The position numbers were made by a program, and so were the translations under genes. The notes below the pieces were generated by a model that was given only the letters and a program-made list of their open reading frames with translations, did not search any database and had not been told where the DNA came from. Below are positions 36,564-50,304 of a stretch of 64,000 nt of DNA, in pieces; position 1 is the stretch's first letter; each line of letters begins with the position of its first letter. The stretch is taken from the NCBI GenBank assembly GCA_964016885.1, contig OZ024741.1:393576001-393640000 (forward strand), in the 5' to 3' direction. The stretch is from Eledone cirrhosa. Its lineage: Eukaryota.

Positions 36564-39010
36564 GATATATACGCATATATATACACACATATATATACGC
36601 ATATATATACATCGATATATACATTATATTATATTATGACAAAGGAGGAAAATATACTTAGGATTAAAATGAAAGTTGCATTTAAACAAGGGGGAGAGAA
36701 TTTAAATTATTTATATAAGGTAAGTTTTTAAAATATTATATAATAATAGGGTTTTATAAATATACGAGATTAAGTACATCTAATATTATGGGTGGTATTA
36801 ACTATTTTTATTTATAACTAAAAATTATATAGTTCAGGGGAAAAGAATTTATTAGCGAGGTTAAAGATAGATAAATAAATAAATAAATAAATAAATAAGT
36901 AGATCAGCAGTTTTAATTATATAGAAACCGATAGGTATTTTATATAATTATTGTAGATATAGAAGAGACATGTATAACTTGCTATTTATATTAAATTAAA
37001 TTTATTTATATACAATCCAAGGTTTTGGTAGGTGACATAATAGTATGTAGGAATTATAATGGATAAATCAGATAAACATAGTGGAGAAGGGAAAATGGTT
37101 AACACCTGTTTTCTTACAGATTAAAATTGAAATAGAATATAAGGAATAACGGAAGGTATGCCAGAATAAATATGTAATCGAAAAAATAAATGATTGAGAA
37201 AATAGAGAATAAAAATAAAAATATAAAATATATAATATATAAAATAGCAGAATGCCTTGAACATTTTTTTAATATAAAATAATTGTTTTTACTTTTGGCA
37301 CAAGGCCAGCAATTATCCCAGTGCATTACTGGTACTTTATTTTATCGACCCCGTAAGGATGAAAGGCAAAGTTAACCTCGGCGGGATTTGAACTCAGACC
37401 GCAAAGGTACGTAACTAATAATGACACTTATTAAGTTGTTACTAGATACATATGTATATATAAAACCATATATGTATACACATATATACATACATAAATA
37501 CATATACAACCATACAAATACATATATGATCAGTTTAGCTAAATATTCTGTGAAAAGACCAAGAGAATTTGTGCAAACAACTGCTGAATATCTCAGAACA
37601 TTTATTAATAATAGATTTCCTATTATTAATAATATAAAGAATTTCGGTAGTACAGAGATTACAATTATTAGAAATAGAAGTATTTACATATGGTAGGGCA
37701 TTAACTAGTTTATGCCAAGATAGCGAGTAATCTATGTTCATATTAACTGTGACAAAGGAGTGGAGAATCTTTTATCTATTCTCTTAAACGTATGTCTATG
37801 GTTGTACCATTTTTCTTTAAATTTAAAGGAAGTAGCACCGATATGATTATACGACTTACCTTTAGTTTCAACATTGCATCTATACACTAGATTACGGTCA
37901 AAACAGTTATTATTTAGCTGGAAAGAATGACTGCTTTTACAATTACAATTATTTATGTTATTATTTGATGGTGCTCTCTGTGATCAAGGTGTGTGAGATT
38001 ATTATCGTTTATGTTATTTGTATAGTTAATTGATAAATCATTAGTATTATCATTATTACTATCGTTATTTCTATAGTTAGCAATGGGGGTTAATTCTATC
38101 TGATTAATTGCAAGATTTCTATTATTGAATTTAGCTATATTTTGGGCAATATTCATAGTTGTTGAGTATGTTGAGTATGAGTTTAGTAGTATGCCTGTTA
38201 AACATCTGGTAATATATATGGGTTCGTGGAAAACATTTATCAAGAACCTGGAAAAACTGGTGAGCCAAACTACTTTTAATTCCTGGAGATAGTGGTGGAG
38301 AATACTATAAAATAGATCAGGAATGGGATTTACTATTAAATTTATTATTTTTATTTTCATATGAGTTATGTTAATTATAAGACTGATTTATTCTAATTTT
38401 ACAGTTTCGGTTATTATTATTATTATAATTGTTATTTGTATTGATATTAGAGGAATGATTATCCTTATATGAGGGGGTATAAATATTCTTATCTATGTAT
38501 TTTATTTTATCAGAGTAACCTGCCCTGTTTAACGCATCGTTATAATTGTTGGCCTTATTGTCAAAAATATCCTTATTGGCAGAGAGTCTGGAGATTCTAA
38601 GCTGAACACTGTTAACTATAGTCCTCTTAACGTTTTTAGGGTGGTTGGAAAAGAAACTAACATAATTGAGGTTTTCATTCAATTTATGGAATGGGTAGTA
38701 GAGGCCAGGTTTAAGATTTAATGTTATGTCTAGGAAGTTGACTATTCTATTATTATTCTCAATTTCAAGTTTAAGGCCATAATTACTATAAAAGTCAATT
38801 ATAATTTTCTTTTTTCTATTAAGGGCACTATTGTTAGTTAATACAAAAAGAGCATCATCACGATATAAACCGCCGGCAATTTCCAGCAGTTTTCTGTGGA
38901 TGATGTTGAGGATGAAAATACCAACGAGGTCAGTAACTTGAGCTGAGTTCGTGGACCCCATGGTAATATCTAAATTTTCAGGTCTATCAGCTCTGGTCTA
39001 AAGATCGAAA
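36030..39010 (-). mobile_element. Penelope-like element (RT C-half, GIY-YIG, long AT-rich 3' region with hammerhead), ending in (TA)n
   Basis: DITMGS..SAQVTDLVG, GLYRDDAL, NFLDITL, SNHP, CNC.......NNC, YIGATS, CNLCTTE. SINE inserted at 37280-37415. Confidence 0.9.
36173..36250 (-). ncRNA. Type I hammerhead ribozyme motif (sense to SLC24 intron)
   Basis: TATTTTAT CTGATGA GGGCATGC..TTTATGT tac ACATAAA..GCATCCCC GAAA TATATA TA ATGAAATA. 8-bp stem I, palindromic stem III. Confidence 0.8.
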
Positions 39011-39029
39011 TTAAAGTCAATACAGTTTT

Positions 39030-40310
39030 CCTCGCAGTAAGGATGATGTTTATTTCATCGCTTGAATGATCAGTGTGTTTTGTTGCATAAGATAAGGCTT
39101 TGTTGAGTAAACTTGATCTCTAAAGTTTTCCAAAGCGGCCTCAAAATTAAAACCATCAAATCTTCCAGTTAGGGTTGCACGCACATCTGCTCGCCTCAGT
39201 TTGGTGACACCAATGCCTTTAGGTGCTTTCACTCTACTCATACGAATTCTTTTGCACATGGAGGCACATGGCTTAGTGATTAGAGCATTGGCCTTGCAAT
39301 CGAAAGGTTGTGAGTTCAATTCTCAGACCGGGTGATGTGTTGTTTCCTTGAGCAAGACACTTTATTTCACATTGCTCCAGTTTACTCAGCTGTAGAAATG
39401 AGATGATAGGGACTGGGGTCCCTATCATTCCACTGCAAAGTGGTCGTGGAGGTGCCACGGCAAAAAAGCACCCAGCACTCACTGTAAATGAGGTTGGTGT
39501 TAAGAAGGGCATCCAGCTGTAGAAATCAAGCCAGAATCAGTTCCCGTCCCACCCTTGCAAGCAGGGAAAAAGCGAACGTAAAATGAAATGAAATGATGAA
39601 ATGATTCTCATCTTGAACTTTCCTCGCGCTAATTTTTGGTCAGTGCCATATTCTGCACTATGCGACACATGCACTGTACACACATCAGTAAGAGTAATAA
39701 TGAAATCAATCATTTGTCCATACTTGGATCTTGGATGATACCAGGTAGCTTTGTATTTGTGCTTCTGACGGAAAAGAGTGTTGCAGATGGTTAAGTTGAG
39801 TTTTGAGCAAAGTTCAAGCAACTTCAGGCCACTAATGTTCATTTTACCAATACCAAATGGACCAATGGCGCCCCACGTCTCGTGATCACTACCCACACGA
39901 ACATTAAAATCACCGACAAGTAATAGCTTATCGTCAGAAGGTGTGCATGCAATGGCAGCAGGAAGAGACTCTTAGAAAGAATCAAGGACCATCTCACTGA
40001 TGATATTTCTGTTAACTGATCTTCTCCTGCCAAACATGTTTCAGATAAAGCTGCTATGTCTATATTTAATCTTCTGAGTTCTTTTGTCACAAATGCAGTT
40101 CTACGTTCTGGACGTCCAGACGAGTTTCTGTCCAGGAGTGTCCTAACGTTCCAACAACAAATGATGAGTTTGACTCGATCTTTCGCGTATTTTGAGGCAA
40201 AGTAAGCTCAGGGCACCTGTGTGTAGACTTGTGACTATAAGCTTCCAACAGGTCAGGTCTGCACATGTTACCCCTCGTCTATCACCGCAGTATTTAGAAA
40301 TAGGATAGAC
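39030..40310 (-). mobile_element. RTE LINE 5' fragment (APE domain), interrupted by a SINE
   Basis: IDIAALSETCL, GDFNVRVG, TICNTLF, TWYHPRSK...IDFI. Confidence 0.8.
39260..39605 (+). mobile_element. tRNA-derived SINE with RTE-derived tail
   Basis: A box tggcttagtgattag, B box gagttcaattc, core ccttgagcaagacactttatttcac, 3' end shared with RTE tails. Confidence 0.8.
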
Positions 40311-40556
40311 GAAGAAAGATGTAAGAGGCATCTGTACACCAGTATATTATCGTGGTAAACGCTTGTACAACACGAGTACCACTCTCTGAGTATCCGTAGC
40401 TGTAGCCCAGTATTAATAATGATAGTAATATATATGTATGTGTGTGTGTGTTTGTGTGTGAGTGTGCATGTGTGAGTGAATGTGTATGTGAGTGTTTGTG
40501 TGTGTATGTGTAGGTATGCATGTGTGTCATTGAGAAGGAAACTCCTTGAAACAACT

Positions 40557-41478
40557 CCCATCCATCCATCCATCCATACATACATCCATCCATCCATCCA
40601 TCCATCCATCCATCCATACACCCATCCATCCATCCATCCATCCATACATCCATCCATACACCCATCCATCCATCCATCCATACACCCATCCATACACCCA
40701 TCCATCCATCCATACACCCATCCATCCATCCATCCATCCATACATCCATCCATACACCCATCCATCCATCCATCCATCCATACACCCATCCATACACCCA
40801 TCCATCCATCCATACACCCATCCATCCATCCATCCATCCATACATCCATCCATACACCCATCCATCCATCCATCCATCCATCCATCCATCCATACACCCA
40901 TCCATCCATCCATCCATCCATCCATACACCCATCCATCCATCCATCCATCCATCCATACACCCATCCATCCATCCATCCATACACCCATCCATCCATCCA
41001 TCCATCCATCCATCCATACACCCATCCATACACCCATCCATCCATCCATACACCCATCCATCCATCCATCCATCCATCCATCCATACACCCATCCATCCA
41101 TCCATACACCCATCCATCCATCCATACACCCATCCATCCATCCATCCATCCATCCATCCATCCATACATACACCCATCCATCCATCCATCCACCCATCCA
41201 TACACCCATCCATCCATCCATCCATCCATCCATCCATCCATCCATCCATCCATACATACATCCATCCATCCATCCATCCATCCATCCATACACCCATCCA
41301 TCCATCCATCCATCCATACACCCATCCATCCATCCATCCATCCATACATCCATCCATCCATCCATACACCCATCCATCCATCCATCCATCCATCCATCCA
41401 TCCATCCATCCATACATCCATCCATACATCCATCCATACACCCATCCATCCATCCATCTATACATACATACATACATA
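40557..41478. repeat. About 920-bp compound (CCAT)n microsatellite with ACAC/ACAT interruptions
   Basis: Directly visible. It generates the spurious long WMDG/HPSI ORFs. Confidence 0.98.
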
Positions 41479-41479
41479 C

Positions 41480-41697
41480 AAAGTGGACGTGTAGGCGCCA
41501 TGGAAAAAAGCACCCAGCACTCACTGTAAATGAGGTTGGTGTTAGGAAGGGCATCCAGCTGTAGAAATCAAGCCAGAATCAGTTCCTGTATGAGCAAGGC
41601 ATGGTCAGCCGACCAGACACTGCCCACAACAAGACAACCCGTCTAACCCATGCTAGCATGGAAGAACGGATGTAAAACGGTGATGATGATGATGATA
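41480..41697 (+). mobile_element. RTE 3'-tail fragment
   Basis: aaagcacccagcactcactgtaaatgaggttggtgttaggaagggcatcc... ending in (GAT)n. Confidence 0.85.
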
Positions 41698-42523
41698 CAT
41701 ACATACACACATACATACTTATATACATACAATACTAACAAGTTGATATTGACTAAATTTTAATGTATGAGCTATCTTTCTGGGTTGGAGACAATCTATT
41801 TCTCTATTTGAGATAAATTTGCCAACTCAGAGGAATATACAACAGGCATTTATAAATGATAATGACCATCACAATCACTGTTTTAATGACTATTTTTCTT
41901 TTGTGTTTGGATGATTTGGGGAGATAAGCAATAATAAATATTTCCATTTGTCTTAATCTAGTAATCATCTGACTCCCTCTAGTTGTTTTCTGGTTTATAT
42001 AGATTGTTGTCGTTTTTGTTGTTATTGATTTTATTGGCACTAGAGCATCAGACACAATTATTTTGTAATATATAGTTACATCCATTTATATTTTGTGTTC
42101 AAATCATGCTGAGGATGATTTTGCTTTTCATACTTCTTGGAATCGATAAAATAAGTACCAGTCAAGTTAATTAAATCAACTATACCTTCATTCAAACAAT
42201 TATTGAGAAAGTTAACGAGGGGTGCGTTAGCAAAGTTGTTAGAACATTTAACTAAATGACTTGAGGCATTATTTTGGCTTTTTACAATCTGAGTTGAAAA
42301 GTTGCTAAGGTCAACTTTGCCTTTCATATTTCTGAATTTGATAAAACAGATTACTAGTAATATACTGGGTTTGATTTAATCAATTAAACCCTTCCCACTA
42401 CAATTCCTGGCTGTGCGCCTACAGTGAACTTTCTGAAATGTGGGTGAGAGTAGCAAGAATGGCCTGAGTAGATGGTCCCACTCTCAACCTGTACATGTAG
42501 GCCAAATAACACAATTGAGAGAG

Positions 42524-42561
<38 letters not shown>

Positions 42562-42932
42562 TGAGAGAACTTGCCTTTGGTAGTTAAGGCAATCCTGGAT
42601 CTGTGTGGTGTCGTGATTGTCCTTCAGTGGCTCTCACCTCTTTGGGATATCTCATTTCATTTCTTTTATATACAGTTGTTTTCTATGTCTATTTTTTCAT
42701 AATTGATTCTGAGTAAAATCCCCACTGTTTTTTTTTTTGTAATTTGTTCTGAACTGTTCCTCATCCAGCACCCTTGTAGCAAACAAAAAATAAGTCATTA
42801 TCATTATTATTATTGTAAACTTCAGTTCATCATTTGTATTCATTGCTCACCATGTCATCATATTACAATCTAGAGACAGGGAATTTATAACTCGAATATC
42901 ACAGACTATAAATATATATATATATATATATA

Positions 42933-43179
42933 TTTAATTAGAAAGTGAACAACACAAAATATAACTACTCCATTACCAAAGGTTTCTGGATCCCAGACAA
43001 TAATAATATACGTCTGGATTGGTCATCAGACAGAGATGTTATCTAAGAGACATTAACATCTCTGTCTGATGACCGATCCAGACGTATATTATATTTTATG
43101 TTGTTCACTTTCTAATTAAATAGCTCTGTTCTATACATAGAGCACTCTTTTTTCCTTTGCTTTTCCTTCGGAATTACCT

Positions 43180-43180
<1 letters not shown>
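42933..43180. mobile_element. (TA)n-anchored foldback mini-element carrying a hammerhead
   Basis: Arms 42933-42964/43089-43120 and 43004-43041/43054-43091, 12-nt loop, (TA)n on both sides. Confidence 0.85.
42962..43041 (-). ncRNA. Type I hammerhead ribozyme motif (sense to SLC24 intron)
   Basis: TAACATCTCTGT CTGATGA ccaaTCCAGAC...GTCTGGGAtcca GAAA CC ttt GG TA ATGGAGTAGTTA. GUA cleavage triplet. Confidence 0.75.
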
Positions 43181-43219
<39 letters not shown>

Positions 43220-46200
43220 CAAGTGAAAGTAAAATATATTTAACAAATTCGTTAATGCCTATTCATGTATGCTATTTTAAATCTACATAGTAATTCTCTC
43301 ATCACTACTTTGGCTAGTATAGTGAGGTCTATGCTTCATAGGGGGGATTTTATAATGCTGAAATATATCTAGATTTTTCTTCCATACTTTCTGAAATGGT
43401 TAAAATAATATTAGTCTGTGAGCTGACGTTATCTTTTCCACATTACATAATTATTTCTAATTGAAATTTTAATGCTCACTACATTAAATATGTTAACACT
43501 AACTTAACTATTGTTTTTCATGTGGAATGTGGATGACATCTTTGAGTAATTAACTTTAGTGATTTGTATATAGATATACAGAGTGTAGAGACAGTACTTA
43601 TATGGACAATGCTCTATAAAGGATATGCATGACCTGGCATGGTCCCAAAACTCCTGAGGGAGATGTAAGGATATTGTATTGGGTATTTTTCAAAATCTGG
43701 CAGAGCCCATCTCCTCTCCATGTCTGAATACAGTAGATTTCTTCCAGAGAAAAATAGAGAGGGAGAGAATGGAAGTGAAAAAGAGGTATAGAGGAAGAAT
43801 TAAACCCAGTACTAGAATGGTGCTTCTTTTATCAATCTCAAATGGATGAAAGGCAAAGTTGACCTTGGTGGGATTTGAATTCAGAGAGCAAAGAATCAAA
43901 ACAAATATTGTAAAGCATTCTGACATACTAATGACTTTGCCAATAAAGAATATAAGTAGTGCTAATATTAATAATGTTTTGTATTTCATATTTATTAACC
44001 AAAATATGGTGGAGAATTTATTGCAACAGTTGCAGATGGGTATTTTTCTATTTGTAACTCTTTATATTTCACTTATACATGAAAGTACTGAGGTTGATTC
44101 TTCTTTCTCTCTGAATTGGCTTTACTGCTCAGGGGTAAGGGTCATGAGAGACCACTCACACCATCCTTTTCTCCACAAATGGAGAAGAGTTGAGTAAGGA
44201 GCTACCAACCTTTTCTATTAGAAAAACCTATATGCGACCAAAACCATCCAAGGATGTCCAAAATGCATAACACAGCATGGAATAGTTAAAGAGAATATGT
44301 GATTCACCTTTGTAGAAAGATTAAACAAGAAGATTGTCTTATTATATAATGCTGTAGATTGGCAAATTTAGTTAAAATGTCAGACAAAATGGTTTGTGGT
44401 ATTTAGTTATGACTTTCTATTCTGATTTCAAATCCCACCATGGTCAACATTGCCTTTCATCCCTTTAGGGTTGATAAAATAAAGTACTAATTAAGTACTG
44501 GTGTCAAAATTGTTGGCCTTGTGCCAATGTTAGAAAAAATTATTATATTATGCAATTTGCTTTGAATAACTAATTGATGTACCTTTTCATATTTCGTAAT
44601 TTACCTGTTTTTAACAGAACTTACAAGATACTAGAAAATATTTTATTGGTTAAATTAGTTAAGCTATTATTGAAGCTGATACAAACTAAAGAGTTGATAA
44701 GAATATCAGACTGAATGCTTTATACTATGTAGTTTTTGTTTCTCTACTGTCTCAGGTAATTTCAATCAACTACATTCTCTATCCTATAAACAAAATGAAA
44801 TTTATACCCAATTATTTTAACCACTGTACATTCACCAAAAACAAACACCGCCCCTAATTATAATCCTCATTATCATCATCGTTTTTATGTCTGTTTTTCC
44901 ATGCTTGCATGGGTCAGACAGGTCCTTCTCAGCATAGCCTTTCTCCACTCATCACGTTCCTTCGTCATCTCTGTGAGTCTCAGTGATTTGAGGTCAGCTC
45001 TCATTACCTCTACCCAGGTCCTTCTTTATCTACACTCAATAAACAATATTTTAAATGTAAAATATTATTATATACTATTTTCCTCTTTCCTGTTACAAAA
45101 AATATTTCAATGATGGTACTATCTTGGTTAATAGATAATTGAAACAATGCTGCACCATTCTAAAATGGCCTAATATCTATTAAAGAGTTGAAGTATATTT
45201 CACATTTATGTGATCAAAAGTATTTCAGGCATGATTATCCCATCTTTAGTGTTAGATTGTGTTATCTAATAAGTCCTGACCTTTTATATAAGATGATAAG
45301 GTGTTATATAAGAATGAATGACTGCACATAAGTTCCCTCATTAGCTCATAAGTAAATAGAAAAGGTGACTGTGCATCAGTGATATTGTACATGTGCTTAA
45401 CAGAAATGGTTACACTAATATGAACAGATATTGGTACATTATTATGAAAATTATTCTAAAAGTCTAAAACCTGTCTCAGGACTGGAGGCTCATCAAGCCA
45501 TTATCCCAGTTAACATGGTGTCAAGTGACTAAGAATACAAAACTCCCTCCAGTGGACAGGATGCCAGTCCATTGCAGTGTTAAACCCTTAGCTATTGCTG
45601 GTACTCATTTTCAGCTGAGTATACTGGAGCAATGTGAAATGAAGTGTTTTATTCAAGAACAGAACACACAACCCAGTAAAGGAAACAAACCCTCGTTATT
45701 ATGATCATATTATGATCATAAGTCCAACACCCTTACCATTAGGCCCACATGCCTGTATAAACCAATATATTTTTTGTGCAGATCTGAGGAAACTTTCCAG
45801 CAAACTATCCTAACTATTTCATTCAATTAAATAATTAAATTCATATGTTCGATTAGAGAAGATAGAACGATTCTCACACTGTCTTTTCTGCATAATTTCA
45901 TACACAAAAAAACAACAACAAAAAACCCCACCAGTAGTCCTAACTGCAGTTCAATGAAGATTTAAAACTGAATCAATTACTATAATAAGTAGAGGAATGT
46001 ATACTATTGCTAGGAATAAGAGAAAGAAGATATAAAGACTTAGTTATTGTTAATATGTAAGTGCTAATAAATAACCAAACAAAGGGTTGGAAGGACCCTT
46101 CAGTTGTGTCAAGGACATGACAGCCTCCCTAGTGTTGGTGATTTTACATGATAAACACACCCAGTACATGCTGTAAAATGGTTGATGATATGAAGGGTAT

Positions 46201-47999
46201 CTACCTGTAGAAAACTTACCAAATAAAGGGTTAGGAGAATCTTTCAGTTGTGTCAAAGTCATGACAACCCTTCCTGTGCACTCAGTAGAATGTGGGACCA
46301 TTCATAATCGAGATAACAGACCCCTAGCCTGTTTGGGAAGTCAGTACTCCCACTTCAGTACTGATTTGGTCTATGTAGACCCATCCTACCCTTGCTAGCA
46401 GGGAAAGCAGACATTAAAATGACAATGAAGATGATATTAAATTGAGAATTGTGCATGAATTATAGAAAAAAAAAGTCAAACTAGTTTAATATAACATTAT
46501 AGGGGTTTGACAAAAAAAAAAAAAATTGATGATGGTACTACTAAACTAAAATGATAAATCAATAAATTCCTAGATTTAAATGATAAATAAATCAATAGCG
46601 ATCTAACTATGAAAATTGCATTAATATATGTGATAGTTAAATTTTACTTTTATTGTTTAAATATGTAATAATTAATTTTTTACCTTGATGAATGTTGCAA
46701 CTACCTTTATGGCATGACACCAACATTTATTTATAATGGGATTCTTAATTATTTATTAGCAGCAGGTGATGTTTGAGAAGTCAACAAAAGAAAAACATTA
46801 CATAAATAATGCTGGGATATATTAATGATATTATTGATTATTATTAATATTAAAAATATTGATTTTTTTTTTTTTTTGTAAGGCATGAAGCCAATTTTGA
46901 AGGTGACCTTATAAATCAAATGAATCAAGTACAGTATGTTACTGGTAGTTATTTTATCAAGTCCAATGAAATGAAAGGCAAAGGAAAGCCCAGTGAAAGT
47001 CATGTTTATATAAAATCTTCGCACATTTTGCTCAATCATGCTCATTCTGAGTCATATCTCAAATCATCTAAACATGGGGAATCCATCAATTGGCAAATCA
47101 GCATGTGACTTAGGTTTTGGACTATTCTACAAAGATAGGTTATTCCATAATATGTCCCTATAAGTGTCCCCTGTTAAACCAAATTCAGTTAAACCAAATA
47201 ACATATTTTCTGATGGTTGTATCGATCACAGACTAAATGATGGGATCGATATCATTGATTAAAACCCATGAAGAAAGTACTCCAGCATTGCTGTAGCTCA
47301 ATGATTGACACAAGTAAATAAATATAAGAATAAGAAACATGATGGTTGAGAAATTAAGATTCTGGGCTACTAATCACATGTACATAACTTCAAATTGTGG
47401 TGTGCTCCTGAACAAATCACTTACCATTGCTACCTCACAGTTTGTCTTCCTGATAAAAAAAGTTCCAGTCTTATTTCACAGTTTAGTGGGTAGTAGTAGG
47501 GAGGACATGCAGAAATAAAATCAACTGATTCAACAGATAAACTACCATTCTTATGCAAGCAAAGAAAACTAGATTCAAAACAATAAAAGGAAAAAAGACC
47601 CACAGGGACAACATCATAACATTGGAAATTTAAACCTACTGGTACTTTATTTGTTGTCTTCAAATGGATGAAAGGCAAAGTTGAACTTGGCAGGATTTGA
47701 AAACTAAAACAAATATTGCAAAGCATTCTATCTGATGATTTCTTTTTTCCATCATCAGTGGCATTTATTTACTGACATTTATTTACTGAGAAAAAATAAG
47801 CTATACCTTGTATACCTTTTTAGTATGAAATATCTTTTGGAGAAGTCCATCTGTATATAATGCTTGCTTCACTTGTTTACTCACACAGCTACTGAGATAC
47901 TGCTGACATGATCATAGCTTAAAACGTTCATAGTGAGATGTATATATGGATATTATACATTAACATATTGTATATACTTTCATATACACCTCTATTACA

Positions 48000-48180
48000 A
48001 TAATTGTTTCTACTTTTTGGCACAAGGCCAGCAATTACCCAGTGCATTACTGGTACTTTATTTTATTGACCCTGTAAGGATGAAAGGCAAAGTTAACCTG
48101 GGCAGGATTTGAACTCAGAATGGCGAGGACCATAACTCTATGCATCAAAGCGACCCTCTACCGATACTGCCAATCCACCG
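48000..48180 (-). mobile_element. Deu/Nin-type tRNA SINE, full copy
   Basis: Reverse complement of the 51150-51330 family consensus. Confidence 0.85.
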
Positions 48181-48516
48181 TTATAAATAATGCTATGTTA
48201 ATGTGACTGCTAGCTAATAGCAGCCAGGTCATGCACTTTAAATGCAATGGAACTTCTCCACAAAATGTGTGTAAGATATAGCTTACAATAAAGAGTGAAT
48301 AAATGTCACTAAACCACACATGGTTTCTGAGATAGCTGTAATATAATTACAGCTTAAAACATTCATAGAAAGACATGTACATGTTTATCATATTGTACAT
48401 AATCATATCACATATGCCTTTGTGTTATGAATCATAGTATGTTAGTATTAGTGTTATGTATATATATATTTATATATATATATATATATATAAATATATA
48501 AATATATATATATATA

Positions 48517-48870
48517 TTGTTATGCTTTGGGAGGGTCATGTTGCCACACACAAAAACAAGATGGCGTAGGACAGAACAAAGGAGAGGCACAAAAACAAAG
48601 AAAAGAATCCCCAGTTACTGAAGAGGTCACAGAATGTGTGACGAAAGAACTTTGACAATATATGAACAACCGTCCGGTTATGGAACCAACCAATCAACCG
48701 GAAATTTATAAATTCTTAAATTTATAAATTTAATTTATAATAAATTGGAGTGAAAGCAACTGGTGCGTGTGTTTCTTATTGGCAACATGACCCTCCCAAA
48801 GTATAACAATATCGGTTTCAACACACGATTTCAGATAAAGAATCTTGCTAAACAAATTCAGAAACGAAAT
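48517..48870 (+). mobile_element. Non-coding hammerhead mini-element family A, copy 1, in (TA)n
   Basis: Highly similar to 60893-61215 (inverted). First 29 bp are an inverted copy of 48780-48809. No ORF. Confidence 0.85.
48613..48657 (+). ncRNA. Minimal type I hammerhead motif (family A)
   Basis: AGTTA CTGAAGA G GTCACA gaatg TGTGAC GAAA GAAC TT TGAC. Confidence 0.65.
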
Positions 48871-49184
48871 ATATATATATATATATATAAATATATATAT
48901 ATATCATCATCATCATTGTTTAATGTCTATTTTTCATGCTAGCATGCGTTAGACAGATTTGTCTCATTTAAGGCAAGTTGGGTCAGGTGACCATGTCTTG
49001 CTCATATATATATATATATATGTGTGTGACAACTTCTCCTGTGAATGTATGACTGCATGAGATGCAGACCCTCCAGCCTGTCTGGGAAGTCAGTAGCCCT
49101 GCTTCAGTACTGTCTTGGTCTATGTAGACCTGTCCAACCCTTGCTAGCAGGGAAAGCAATCGTTAAATGACGATGATGATGATC

Positions 49185-49825
49185 ATCATCATCATCATTT
49201 TACATCCGCTTTTCCCTGCTTGCAAGGGTGGGATGGGTCCTATTCAGCACAACATCTCTCCACTTGTCACGATCCTTCGTCATCTCCACCATGAGCTTCA
49301 GCAATCTGAGATGAGCTCTCACCACCTCCGCCCATGTTTTTCGTGGTCTTCCTCTACTATGTCTTCCTTCAACTGGCATTTCCTGGCACTTCTTCACCCA
49401 TTAGTCATCCTCCATGCGCATCACATGTCCATACCATCGCAGTCTCCTCTCCCGCACACTACAATTTATCCCTCTCAGACACAGCTTCTCTCTCAACACA
49501 TCTATGCTCGGTCATTCACGCACATTGACATTGCACATCCAACGGAGCATGCTTGCTTCATTTATTTCCAGCCATCGCATATCCTCTGCAGTTGCTGCCC
49601 ATGTCTCACTACCATGCAGCATTGCACACCTCACACAGGCATCACATAACCGGCTTTTCGTACGCAGGGAGAAACCCTTCTTCGTCAGCAGAGGAAGCAG
49701 CTCCCTAAACTTCTTCCAACCCGTCCTTATTCTAGATACTATAGCCTCGGGACAACCCCCTCCCATGCTAATCTGATCACCTAGCAACCGGAAACTATCA
49801 ACCACTTCTAGAGCACCCACCTGCA
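49185..49825 (-). mobile_element. RTE LINE 3' fragment
   Basis: RIRTGWKKFRELLPLL, AMLHGSETW, RGRPRKTW; (GAT)n tail. Confidence 0.88.
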
Positions 49826-49839
49826 TTATATATATGACT

Positions 49840-50165
49840 TCCCACGGGAAAAAGCTGAAGCCGAAGCATATAGACAATATGTCCCCACCCCTCCCACTGC
49901 AAAGTGGTCGTGGAGGTGCCATGGCAAAAACGCACCCAGTCCACACTGTAAAGTGGTTGTGTAGGTGCCACAGAAAAAAAGCACCCAGCACTCACTGTAA
50001 ATGAGGTTGGTGTTTGGAAGGGTTCCAGCTGTAGAAATCAAGCCAGAATCAGTTCCCGTATGAGCAAGACAAGGTTACCCGACCTAACATTGCCCACAAC
50101 AGGACAATCCATCTAACCCATGCTAGTGTGGAAGAATGGACATAAAACGGTGATGATGATGATGA
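49840..50165 (+). mobile_element. RTE 3'UTR/tail fragment
   Basis: Inverted near-copy of 55750-56080; (GAT)n tail. Confidence 0.85.
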
Positions 50166-50304
50166 TATATATATGTATATATATATACACACACACACAT
50201 ACATACACATACACAAACACACATACATATATAACACATTAAAATATGATATAAAAATGTTAGTGTCATGTTTGGCTCTGAAATCAACAAAAAGAGAAAC
50301 TTAC

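Noticed and set aside
39260-39330. tRNA gene
   Set aside because: A/B boxes belong to a SINE head; no full cloverleaf.
40268-41564. Five long ORFs (327-428 aa) of WMDG/HPSI repeats
   Set aside because: Translations of a stop-free (CCAT)n microsatellite that is open in most frames; not genes.
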